Numbered from the stretch's first letter, positions 1 through 6,761 are shown. The stretch is 20,000 nt of DNA from an uncultured virus (IMG/VR IMGVR_UViG_3300039171_000040) (IMGVR_UViG_3300039171_000040:53044-73043); one strand, 5' to 3'. Numbers and translations are program-made. The notes: a model not told the origin generated them from the sequence alone.

Positions 1-1
1 T

Positions 2-133
2 GCTCATATTGATTATTCTGGCGAACTGAAAGGTTGGAATGGAATCTTTTCAGAGACTCACTTTTCTGGTCTGGTGATAAGTATTGGTGATCACGGTGAC
101 ACATACAAAATTGGTCGATATTGCAGCTTGTAA
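2..133 (+). CDS. 3' end of a hypothetical protein (partial, runs in from before the window)
   Basis: Frame 2 is open from the window edge (AHIDYSGELKGWNG...RYCSL) to TAA at 131-133, followed by a promoter cassette. Confidence 0.55.
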   Translation, partial: AHIDYSGELKGWNGIFSETHFSGLVISIGDHGDTYKIGRYCSL

Positions 134-156
134 TTCATCACTTGTTATGAAATAAT
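128..156 (+). promoter_or_regulatory. sigma70-type early promoter
   Basis: TTGTAA-17 bp-AATAAT with TG extension; 146-178 matches 6634-6666 at 28/33 nt; SD TAGGAG precedes ATG 205. Confidence 0.6.
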
Positions 157-204
157 GGATCTGTACTGAGGGAATGACCTCTAACCCATTTAGGAGTTTT
201 TGAT

Positions 205-459
205 ATGAGCAACGAAGTAAAGTTTTTCGAATTGTCTGAGCTACTTTACAACAATGACCCTGCGGGGACATGTTGTGTAGAGAATGAAATGAATGATGAG
301 TATGACGCAGAAGCCTATAAACTTTGTCTGTTAAAAGAAGATGATCTTAAAGATAACAAAGCTGTTCTTGGTATTTTTAGTGAAATGTTTGATGACAATT
401 ATGATGCAGAAGTCATCAAGAAAATCTTCCCTACAATCAAGCGCATCATCTTGTCATAG
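205..459 (+). CDS. small acidic hypothetical early protein
   Basis: 84-aa ORF with good SD, directly after an early promoter. Confidence 0.75.
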   Translation: MSNEVKFFELSELLYNNDPAGTCCVENEMNDEYDAEAYKLCLLKEDDLKDNKAVLGIFSEMFDDNYDAEVIKKIFPTIKRIILS

Positions 460-469
460 AAATAAATAA

Positions 470-477
470 TATAAATA
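470..477 (+). promoter_or_regulatory. T4-type late promoter
   Basis: Exact TATAAATA, intergenic, about 33 nt upstream of ATG 511 (variant AATAAATA also at 461-468). Confidence 0.8.
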
Positions 478-510
478 GAGATACAACCCATAAAAGGTAT
501 TATCTCTAAA

Positions 511-984
511 ATGAAAACAATCAAGTCCATCCTCATTGAATCCCGCCAAATGGGTCGTTTCGCCTCAGTCAGAGGAAAAGGAAAACGATCTAAGTCCGAA
601 GAACAAGAAGTAGCAAAAGATTCAAACATCTTTTTTAAATATCCTTTCAAGGGATGGAAGTTTGAAGCTACTATTCACGCAGCCGCACAAGAATATGATC
701 GCCGCCCTGATATGCTAGAAGACGATTGGAAAGATTTTCATTCCCGCGTTTTTGACAAGATTGAAAAAATGAAGCCTATCAGTGGTGTTTTTGTGTTCTT
801 TTCAAAAAAGTATCAACAATCATACATCGCCGCAGTTAATTTTGAAACAAAAACTGTTAAGATCATAACCGTTTTGCCTAAAGGTAAATCTGACCCCAGA
901 CAATCTGGTTCATCAAACGCACCCACTATTCGTATGATCATCGAAGGTCAGCAATACGATCTTGAAATGATCGAGTGTGAATAA
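511..984 (+). CDS. putative internal head protein with possible BECR/RelE-like RNase core
   Basis: N-terminus MKTIKSILIE resembles the T4 capsid-targeting sequence; late promoter; core has T-x-HA...R and KIITVLP motifs. Confidence 0.5.
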   Translation: MKTIKSILIESRQMGRFASVRGKGKRSKSEEQEVAKDSNIFFKYPFKGWKFEATIHAAAQEYDRRPDMLEDDWKDFHSRVFDKIEKMKPISGVFVFFSKKYQQSYIAAVNFETKTVKIITVLPKGKSDPRQSGSSNAPTIRMIIEGQQYDLEMIECE

Positions 985-1031
985 ACCATTCTAAATACAA
1001 TTGAGTATAACAGATATAGGGAATAAAAGAT

Positions 1032-1340
1032 ATGCGAGTATTGCCAATTTGGGCTAAGAAGCCTAAGAATAAAAAAGAAGTTATTGCAACACCTAAAGGA
1101 TGGGTGGTCAAAGAAACTGGTGAAGTCTTGGCTAGTTATAAAGGGCTTGATGAAAAACTAAAAGAATTGTTCAAAGAAATTGATCAAATTTCTTTTGTAT
1201 CACCAGAGGCTGTAGAACAAGATGAAGAACCAGCACCCCAACAGAAGCAAGACGAACAAGAAGAAAGCGAATATAAAAAGACAGTCGAAGTAGCAAAACC
1301 AAAAGGTCGAGGCCGACCAAAGAAAAATGCAACTAACTAA
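1032..1340 (+). CDS. hypothetical T4-like phage protein with C-terminal AT-hook-like motif
   Basis: 102 aa; ATPKGWV..TGE N-terminal motif, acidic linker, GRGRPKK tail; SD AGGGA. Confidence 0.7.
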   Translation: MRVLPIWAKKPKNKKEVIATPKGWVVKETGEVLASYKGLDEKLKELFKEIDQISFVSPEAVEQDEEPAPQQKQDEQEESEYKKTVEVAKPKGRGRPKKNATN

Positions 1341-1683
1341 TAAGACGTTTAAGTTGTTCGCTATGAAAGCTTATGATAATCCATATTGCATTAGCGAACA
1401 AGAATTTGAAGAGGACTTGAAAAAAATTCAAACGATCAAAAAGATGATTTCAAATGAGTCATCTGATGAGAGTTCGAATATTCGTTTGTTGGTGAACTAC
1501 TTCATTTCATTTTACAATGTGTTTGAACATAAGTCTGCGACAAAGATTATTTTTCATAAGTTGCAGCCTCATCACAAACCATACGCCAATGCAATATTGG
1601 CGTATCTTTCATTGCCTATTGGTGATGGTGGAGTGGTTGAGGAATTTTACGACCAAATAGAAGAAGAATATAGGGGAGTATAA
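1327..1683 (+). CDS. conserved hypothetical protein of T4-like phages
   Basis: FAMKAYDNPYC..EFEEDLK pattern recalled from marine T4-like phages; overlaps the upstream ORF. Confidence 0.75.
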   Translation: MQLTNKTFKLFAMKAYDNPYCISEQEFEEDLKKIQTIKKMISNESSDESSNIRLLVNYFISFYNVFEHKSATKIIFHKLQPHHKPYANAILAYLSLPIGDGGVVEEFYDQIEEEYRGV

Positions 1684-1686
1684 GGC

Positions 1687-2100
1687 ATGAAAGAATTTAA
1701 AGACTACTTACAAGAAAAGAAAGCTGCCGATGATCCTTGTTGGAAAGGATACAAACAGGTTGGAATGAAAACCAAAGACGGTAAGCAGGTTCCAAACTGT
1801 GTACCAGAAGCTGATGAAGGCGTGGATGAGTCAGACGCACCTACAAACGTCACAGCAGGCGTTGCTAATCCAGACGCACAAACCCTCACCAAAGGCTCTT
1901 TTGCTGGCTATCCATGCTTAGACGTGGACTCAGAGACATATGTGAAGTGTAGTCGCGGTAAAGGTAAGCAACCATACGCACGTTGGAAGAATTACGTAGG
2001 TGATAAAGACTTAGAAGACTTTATCAAAAAGAATTTTAACAAAGAAAAGAAACTACTCATAAAGAATCGGGACACAGGTTCAATGACGTTTCTAAAATAA
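1687..2100 (+). CDS. putative internal head protein with CWxGY...VPNCV motif
   Basis: N-terminus MKEFKDYLQE (capsid-targeting-like); CWKGYKQVGMKTKDGKQVPNCVPE motif; SD GGGGAG. Confidence 0.65.
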   Translation: MKEFKDYLQEKKAADDPCWKGYKQVGMKTKDGKQVPNCVPEADEGVDESDAPTNVTAGVANPDAQTLTKGSFAGYPCLDVDSETYVKCSRGKGKQPYARWKNYVGDKDLEDFIKKNFNKEKKLLIKNRDTGSMTFLK

Positions 2101-2112
2101 GGAACTCATCAA

Positions 2113-2529
2113 ATGTTTGCACTCATCAAAGCAATTCCACTGATGATGAAAACCGCAAAGTTTTGGATAATCGCGGCTCTTGTATCAAGTCTTGTTGGTG
2201 GTGTTACATGGTTGGCATACGACTATAGAAAAACACTACAAGAACTTGCGGTTTCAGAACAACAGGTTGATAATTTACAGAATCAATTGTTGGTTGTTAA
2301 TGGCAGAATTAAAGAAGAGAGGGACAGAACACAAAGTCTCCGCAGTGACAATTCAAAAATATCCTCTCAGTACCTAGCCAAGATTCGAGAACTACAAGAC
2401 TTGAAAGAAAATTATCAAATGCTCAAAGACAAACCCAACGAAGCCGCCTTAAAAATCGAATCATCATTCAACACGTTTATGAATGATGTGTCTTGCATTA
2501 CAGGGGATGCAGCATTATGTCCAAAATAA
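2113..2529 (+). CDS. inner-membrane spanin (Rz-like)
   Basis: N-terminal TM segment (FWIIAALVSSLVGGVTWLAY), long coiled coil, C-terminal cysteines; overlaps a downstream lipoprotein gene. Confidence 0.8.
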   Translation: MFALIKAIPLMMKTAKFWIIAALVSSLVGGVTWLAYDYRKTLQELAVSEQQVDNLQNQLLVVNGRIKEERDRTQSLRSDNSKISSQYLAKIRELQDLKENYQMLKDKPNEAALKIESSFNTFMNDVSCITGDAALCPK

Positions 2530-2876
2530 TTCTTTTACTGATGTTTTGCGTTATCCTATCAGGATGTGCGTCAACACCACCAGACATCTCATTCAATGAA
2601 ACATTTTCACACCCAGAACTACCGAATCCTGTACAACCGTATAAATTTGATTTTTACGTGGTGACAGAGGACAATGTGGAAGAGTTTATTAATCAGCCAA
2701 AAGTATTTGTTGCGATTGAGTATCAACAAACTCTAGACTTTAGACAATTTCTTGAAGATATGAAACGATTTATGCTTGAAGCCAATGGTGTGATCTGCTA
2801 CTATAGAGAAGACTTAAAAGAGCAATTTTGCGAAAACCAACAAAGGTACTTTAATCGTGGAAAAGATCAGCAATAA
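2517..2876 (+). CDS. outer-membrane spanin lipoprotein (Rz1-like)
   Basis: Start re-called to ATG 2517: MSKIILLLMFCVILSG-C lipobox, Pro-rich segment, CYYR motif. Confidence 0.8.
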   Translation: MSKIILLLMFCVILSGCASTPPDISFNETFSHPELPNPVQPYKFDFYVVTEDNVEEFINQPKVFVAIEYQQTLDFRQFLEDMKRFMLEANGVICYYREDLKEQFCENQQRYFNRGKDQQ

Positions 2877-2891
2877 TTTTAGAGTTTTGTC

Positions 2892-3368
2892 ATGATTACA
2901 TTTGTTAACAGATTCGCATTTAAAGAAATGCTTCGCAACAAGAACGCAGATTTCAATCCTTTAATTTCTACCAAGCTTGCGTATGTTTCTATTAGCGATA
3001 CAAACCACGAGCAAGGGGAAATTGAATCTCTATTTACATTTACAGAAATTGATCCATATTCTTATATCACACTATCCTTTCCAGACAACGATGATGGTAT
3101 CCCCTCAGACGAAGCACAGCGCCTTGTAGACTTCATTAAGAAACACCCTGATAAGGACTTCATAGTTCACTGCTTCATGGGTATATCGAGGTCTGGGGCT
3201 GTTGCAAAGTTCATTAACGAATACTATGATATGAATGATGTGATTTTGAATACTTACACAGGCTATAACAAACAAGTGTATAATAGTCTGAATGCTGTGA
3301 TTGGTAAGGATATTGCATCTTATTACGCAGAACTTGAAAAAGCTGATAAAGGATGCTGGTCAGAATAA
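2892..3368 (+). CDS. protein-tyrosine/dual-specificity phosphatase-like protein
   Basis: CX5R catalytic loop VHCFMGISRS; upstream ISISD-like and F-x-D motifs. Confidence 0.85.
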   Translation: MITFVNRFAFKEMLRNKNADFNPLISTKLAYVSISDTNHEQGEIESLFTFTEIDPYSYITLSFPDNDDGIPSDEAQRLVDFIKKHPDKDFIVHCFMGISRSGAVAKFINEYYDMNDVILNTYTGYNKQVYNSLNAVIGKDIASYYAELEKADKGCWSE

Positions 3369-3372
3369 TTTT

Positions 3373-3380
3373 TATAAATA
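3373..3380 (+). promoter_or_regulatory. T4-type late promoter
   Basis: Exact TATAAATA, intergenic, upstream of ATG 3415. Confidence 0.8.
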
Positions 3381-3414
3381 GGTTATACTTTGAACAATAA
3401 GGAATAGTATTAAT

Positions 3415-3849
3415 ATGGCGTACATTGATAAAGGACTAACTCTACCGGAAGTATTTAAAAGAGTTGCAGAAAAAGAAACAATTGAAGAAAAGGCAAAACT
3501 GTTAAAAGCATACGAAACAAAAAGCTTGCGTTGGTTCATTGATTCATTGTATAATCGTGACTTATCTGATATTGTGATTCCAGAATACAAAGTTTCTAAA
3601 AATCCGTCTGGTATTGCTTTCATGAACATTAACAATTCTATGAACAGAATTGAAGCAGCTATCAGCAATAAAGATAAACCATGGATTGTGAATCGCAACT
3701 TAACATTGGTTCTGGAAGGTGTTACTTCTGAGGAAGCAAGTCTCATTGAAAAACTATTAAAAGGCGAACGCAGAATTACTGGCGTGTCGAAAACGGTTTT
3801 TAAGAAGGCATATCCTGAATTTTTTCGTACTGAGGAAGAGGTTCAATAA
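3415..3849 (+). CDS. conserved hypothetical protein of T4-like phages (helical)
   Basis: EVF..V......EK..LL N-terminus, LEG....EA.L and KKAYP C-terminus recalled from T4-like phages; SD AAGGA. Confidence 0.75.
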   Translation: MAYIDKGLTLPEVFKRVAEKETIEEKAKLLKAYETKSLRWFIDSLYNRDLSDIVIPEYKVSKNPSGIAFMNINNSMNRIEAAISNKDKPWIVNRNLTLVLEGVTSEEASLIEKLLKGERRITGVSKTVFKKAYPEFFRTEEEVQ

Positions 3850-3886
3850 TTTAAAGCGGGGATGGAAAAAGATATTCGCTTAAAAT

Positions 3887-3913
3887 AAACCCCATTCATT
3901 CGTTTGGGGTTTT
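3887..3913 (+). terminator. intrinsic terminator-like hairpin
   Basis: AAACCCCA-10 nt loop-TGGGGTTT followed by T. Confidence 0.55.
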
Positions 3914-3933
3914 CAAAAATAGAGAGGATTAAA

Positions 3934-4098
3934 ATGTCATTCCAACATGATAAAGGAAAAATTAAACACAATGCGTTGGCAGCATTGGTAACATCCAATG
4001 CCTTCTTACCAAAGAAAGAAAAGATCAAAAAAGGCAAAGGATCATACAACCGAAACAGTAAACACAAATCAGACTACTCACACAAACGCATTTTTTAA
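3934..4098 (+). CDS. arfA: alternative ribosome-rescue factor A homolog (54 aa)
   Basis: Start re-called to ATG 3934 (SD GAGG). MSFQHDKGKIKHNALAALVTSNAFLPKKEKIKKGKGSYNRNSKH aligns by eye with E. coli ArfA (YQHTKGQIKDNAIEALL...KKGKGSYMR..KH), including the KKGKGS signature. Confidence 0.92.
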   Translation: MSFQHDKGKIKHNALAALVTSNAFLPKKEKIKKGKGSYNRNSKHKSDYSHKRIF

Positions 4099-4124
4099 AG
4101 TGTTTTTGTATGAGTAGTTTTTTT
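4071..4124 (+). terminator. long hairpin over the arfA 3' end (RNase III site and/or terminator)
   Basis: 4071-4093 pairs with 4098-4120 (about 23 bp, 2 mismatches, 3 G-U); stop TAA 4096-4098 at the apex; T-run 4118-4124. Confidence 0.75.
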
Positions 4125-4149
4125 ATTTGACTACACAAAAGAGAATTAT

Positions 4150-4671
4150 ATGGAAAACTCAAACAAAAAACCAGTACGGATACTATTTCTTGACATAGAA
4201 GGGGTTCTAGCCACGCATCGCGCTCAGTTCTCAAAACTTGAAAGAGGGGCTTTGGAAGATTTTGATTCCGTGGTGGTCGAATTCCTAGATTCTATTTGTA
4301 GCAAGTATCTATGTTATATTGTAATAACATCCAGAAAAAGAAAATTATTTGACAGTGTTGATATTTTTAAGTCAAAAATGATAGGATGGGGTGGTGGGTA
4401 TCTAACGGACTTTTTATTTCCTGATGATGATTTATGGAGAACAACAACAAAAACTCTCGATTATAAATCTTTAGAAATTGACGACTGGTTTGAAAAGTTT
4501 GAAAAGAAATTTAAAAATAAATTTTATATTGACAACTACGTTATTATAGATGACAATCTTCTTGGCTCTATATCAAAGCATGATGATCATTTTGTCTATG
4601 TTAAAAATGGATATAATGGAATGGGATGTGATGAGTATAGGGAATTAATTAAAATACTTGATAAGGAATGA
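4150..4671 (+). CDS. HAD-superfamily domain protein (RNA-repair 'Swiss Army Knife' HAD type)
   Basis: ILFLDIEGVL motif I, IVITS motif II, EI..W and YVIIDD motif IV. Confidence 0.75.
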   Translation: MENSNKKPVRILFLDIEGVLATHRAQFSKLERGALEDFDSVVVEFLDSICSKYLCYIVITSRKRKLFDSVDIFKSKMIGWGGGYLTDFLFPDDDLWRTTTKTLDYKSLEIDDWFEKFEKKFKNKFYIDNYVIIDDNLLGSISKHDDHFVYVKNGYNGMGCDEYRELIKILDKE

Positions 4672-4678
4672 TTTAGTT

Positions 4679-4939
4679 ATGACAATTGAAAAAGTTTTAG
4701 TGTGTGACGCATGTAAACAACCGATTAATGATAACAAGCTAGACGCGATTTCGGTTCTTGGTAATATCCATAAAACAGACTGTAATGAAACTAATGGTTT
4801 TGGTGGTAGGTTGTTTGGTGATTGTAATTGGCTTGCGATTGCGAATTTTGAGGCTCTAGATTATTGTGAGATTCCAGTAACCCACGTTCATTTAAAATGC
4901 TTGATTGATTACTTGCAGCCAAAGCTACGACAACGATAG
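4679..4939 (+). CDS. small putative zinc-binding protein
   Basis: CDAC near the N-terminus and HLKC near the C-terminus; ATG 4679 follows SD AAGGA. Confidence 0.65.
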   Translation: MTIEKVLVCDACKQPINDNKLDAISVLGNIHKTDCNETNGFGGRLFGDCNWLAIANFEALDYCEIPVTHVHLKCLIDYLQPKLRQR

Positions 4940-4942
4940 ATG

Positions 4943-4971
4943 TTGACACAATCCCTCATCATCTGTAGAAT
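4943..4971 (+). promoter_or_regulatory. strong sigma70-type early promoter
   Basis: TTGACA-17 bp-TAGAAT with TG upstream; flanked by 10-bp inverted repeat 4952-4961/4980-4989. Confidence 0.85.
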
Positions 4972-5007
4972 GGGTACTGTGATGAGGGAAACTTAGGAGA
5001 TTAAAGC

Positions 5008-5247
5008 ATGGCTAACATGAAAGCAGTGAATAAAGGAATCAAAGAAGCATTTCTTGGTGATATCGGAATTGAAGCTGTTCGTGGTGATGGATACGTCTAT
5101 TTTCATGGGTTATATGGATTTGATAACGTAGAATCAATAATGACTCACCCTGTAAGCACCAGCACAGAAGATATGATTAGACTGTGTGTTGATAACATTG
5201 ATTGTGCTATTGAATCAGGACTTGATATTTATGGAGAAGAATTGTGA
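5008..5247 (+). CDS. hypothetical early protein
   Basis: 79 aa, SD TAGGAG, first gene after the promoter. Confidence 0.8.
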   Translation: MANMKAVNKGIKEAFLGDIGIEAVRGDGYVYFHGLYGFDNVESIMTHPVSTSTEDMIRLCVDNIDCAIESGLDIYGEEL

Positions 5248-5402
5248 GCTATGAAGAATTCAAATTAAAGTACGCAACCTTTCTTGTTCAAATGATGAGA
5301 TATGAGCCTGATCAAGCTGGTTCAAACATCTATGCAGAAAAGCTTGGTGCGCTTTGTGATGAGTATCCAGAGTTTGAAAAGAAATTAGATGAAGATGATT
5401 GA
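5244..5402 (+). CDS. hypothetical early protein (52 aa, absent from the ORF track)
   Basis: GTG start overlapping the upstream TGA (GTGA), SD GGAG; MSYEEFKLKYATFLVQMMRYEPDQ...KKLDEDD. Confidence 0.7.
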   Translation: MSYEEFKLKYATFLVQMMRYEPDQAGSNIYAEKLGALCDEYPEFEKKLDEDD

Positions 5403-5427
5403 CACCAGAACGCATTTCCTTTATACT
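5399..5427 (+). promoter_or_regulatory. sigma70-type early promoter
   Basis: TTGACA-17 bp-TATACT. Confidence 0.85.
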
Positions 5428-5465
5428 GAGTGTAGAAATTGAGAAATACCTACCGGAGATTAGAC

Positions 5466-5834
5466 ATGGACAAGATTCAATTCGCAGTTATCGAAGCCAA
5501 AGTTTCAAACGCAGTTCTGGCTTATGAAGAAGACTTTGCATTTCGTAATGCAGGTTGCTTAGATTTCGGGACTTGTGGTTATGCCATTGTTCTACTAGGA
5601 TTTGGTCGCAAGCGTAAGATCAAGCAAGAATTTCTTGACGCAGGATTCATCAAAGAAAACAACACTTGGGACAGCTACGGAAAAAAGGAATATGTGTTCC
5701 AGCTACAAAAGCCAACCGTAGGAACTCAGTACATCGGTTTCTATGAAGATCGAGTTCGTGCCGCTGTTAATGTTCTTCGTGAAGAGCTTGATGGAACTGG
5801 GGTTGATGTTAATATGCATACGTGGGTAGATTAA
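5466..5834 (+). CDS. hypothetical early protein
   Basis: Start re-called to ATG 5466 (SD GGAG); GTCGYA motif and C-terminal WVD. Confidence 0.8.
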   Translation: MDKIQFAVIEAKVSNAVLAYEEDFAFRNAGCLDFGTCGYAIVLLGFGRKRKIKQEFLDAGFIKENNTWDSYGKKEYVFQLQKPTVGTQYIGFYEDRVRAAVNVLREELDGTGVDVNMHTWVD

Positions 5835-5837
5835 TTC

Positions 5838-5865
5838 AAAGGGGGCTTGCAAGAGTCCCCTTTTT
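5838..5865 (+). terminator. intrinsic terminator overlapping the -35 of the next promoter
   Basis: AAAGGGGGCTT-GCA-AGAGTCCCCTTTTT hairpin plus T-tract. Confidence 0.8.
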
Positions 5866-5875
5866 CGTGTAGACT
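5847..5875 (+). promoter_or_regulatory. sigma70-type early promoter embedded in a stem-loop
   Basis: TTGCAA-17 bp-TAGACT; the downstream AAACTTAGGAGATT is the same as after the 4943 promoter. Confidence 0.7.
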
Positions 5876-5910
5876 GTATGTATTGATTGGGAAAACTTAG
5901 GAGATTGAAT

Positions 5911-5973
5911 ATGAACATTACCAAAAGTCAGAAAAAGACGATTGATGATCGGGAAGCGTGGAAAGACATTTGA
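5911..5973 (+). CDS. 20-aa peptide or truncated gene remnant
   Basis: Strong SD TAGGAG and ATG; MNITKSQKKTIDDREAWKDI then TGA. Confidence 0.4.
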   Translation: MNITKSQKKTIDDREAWKDI

Positions 5974-6048
5974 AACAGAAAGTGGTGAATATTAAATTAG
6001 CAATAAATACTCTACACAATATAGAAATTAAAAAAAAAAGGAATAATT

Positions 6049-6306
6049 ATGAAAAGTTACGAAGCATTCTTAGAAGAAAGCAAATCAAACATGAAAATTA
6101 AAATTTTTAATAGTGATAACAATGTTGTTGGTAATCGTTTAGTTTCTGACATACACCAAAGGGCTGATGTGATTACTGGTGATATTTCATCATTTGCTAC
6201 TGTAAAAATTAATAAAAAAGTGTATACTGTTAAATTGAATAGTTCGGGAACTGTTGGTAAGGTTATTTTAAAAAGAGCTTTAGAAATAAACTACAAAATT
6301 GTCTAA
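6049..6306 (+). CDS. putative internal head protein (IP-like)
   Basis: N-terminus MKSYEAFLEE closely resembles the T4 capsid-targeting sequence MKTYQEFIAE; late-promoter variant AATAAATA at 6002-6009; very AT-rich. Confidence 0.65.
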   Translation: MKSYEAFLEESKSNMKIKIFNSDNNVVGNRLVSDIHQRADVITGDISSFATVKINKKVYTVKLNSSGTVGKVILKRALEINYKIV

Positions 6307-6357
6307 TTGGAAATATCTGTAATGAGGAATTAAACAAACATTTTAAGAGATTTACTT

Positions 6358-6612
6358 ATGAAACTTTTCAAGTATGTAGAAGCAGCCAACGAGTTTTACG
6401 TTTTCTACCCACACATCACCATCGGTGTTAAAATTGAGAATACCTTTGATGGCGAGAAGGCTGTTGTTTTTGAAGACACATACGCCATGAAAGAATTCTT
6501 GAATTACCTCGAAGATAATTCAGTTGACGTTTCTGAGTTAGAAGCATATGCCTTCGATTCATCATGGGAAGAGACTGCATTCATGATGAATGACTTGCTT
6601 GAATTGAAATAG
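6358..6612 (+). CDS. small acidic hypothetical protein
   Basis: 84-aa ORF in the same orientation as its neighbours, with phage-like codon use. Confidence 0.75.
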   Translation: MKLFKYVEAANEFYVFYPHITIGVKIENTFDGEKAVVFEDTYAMKEFLNYLEDNSVDVSELEAYAFDSSWEETAFMMNDLLELK

Positions 6613-6615
6613 GTC

Positions 6616-6644
6616 TTGACTCTAAACCCTTAGTATGAAATAAT
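6616..6644 (+). promoter_or_regulatory. sigma70-type early promoter
   Basis: TTGACT-17 bp-AATAAT with TG extension; near-copy of the cassette at 146-178. Confidence 0.7.
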
Positions 6645-6689
6645 ACCTTTGTACTGAGGAAATGACGAAACAAACTAGGAGATTACATT

Positions 6690-6761
6690 ATGATCAACCA
6701 AAGAATCAAAGTTTTAGAGTCGGAAATAATTGTTTCTGAGTCCGAAGAATTAGCAATTTAG
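6690..6761 (+). CDS. 23-aa peptide or truncated gene remnant
   Basis: SD TAGGAG and ATG; MINQRIKVLESEIIVSESEELAI then TAG. Confidence 0.4.
   Translation: MINQRIKVLESEIIVSESEELAI

Noticed and set aside
3850..3933. tRNA or other structured RNA upstream of arfA
   Set aside because: Only short hairpins; no cloverleaf, T-loop consensus or CCA end
6030..6039. A10 homopolymer (and A9 near 13287-13295) as phase-variation tracts
   Set aside because: Intergenic runs in AT-rich DNA with no reading frame affected; may be ordinary leaders or sequencing noise
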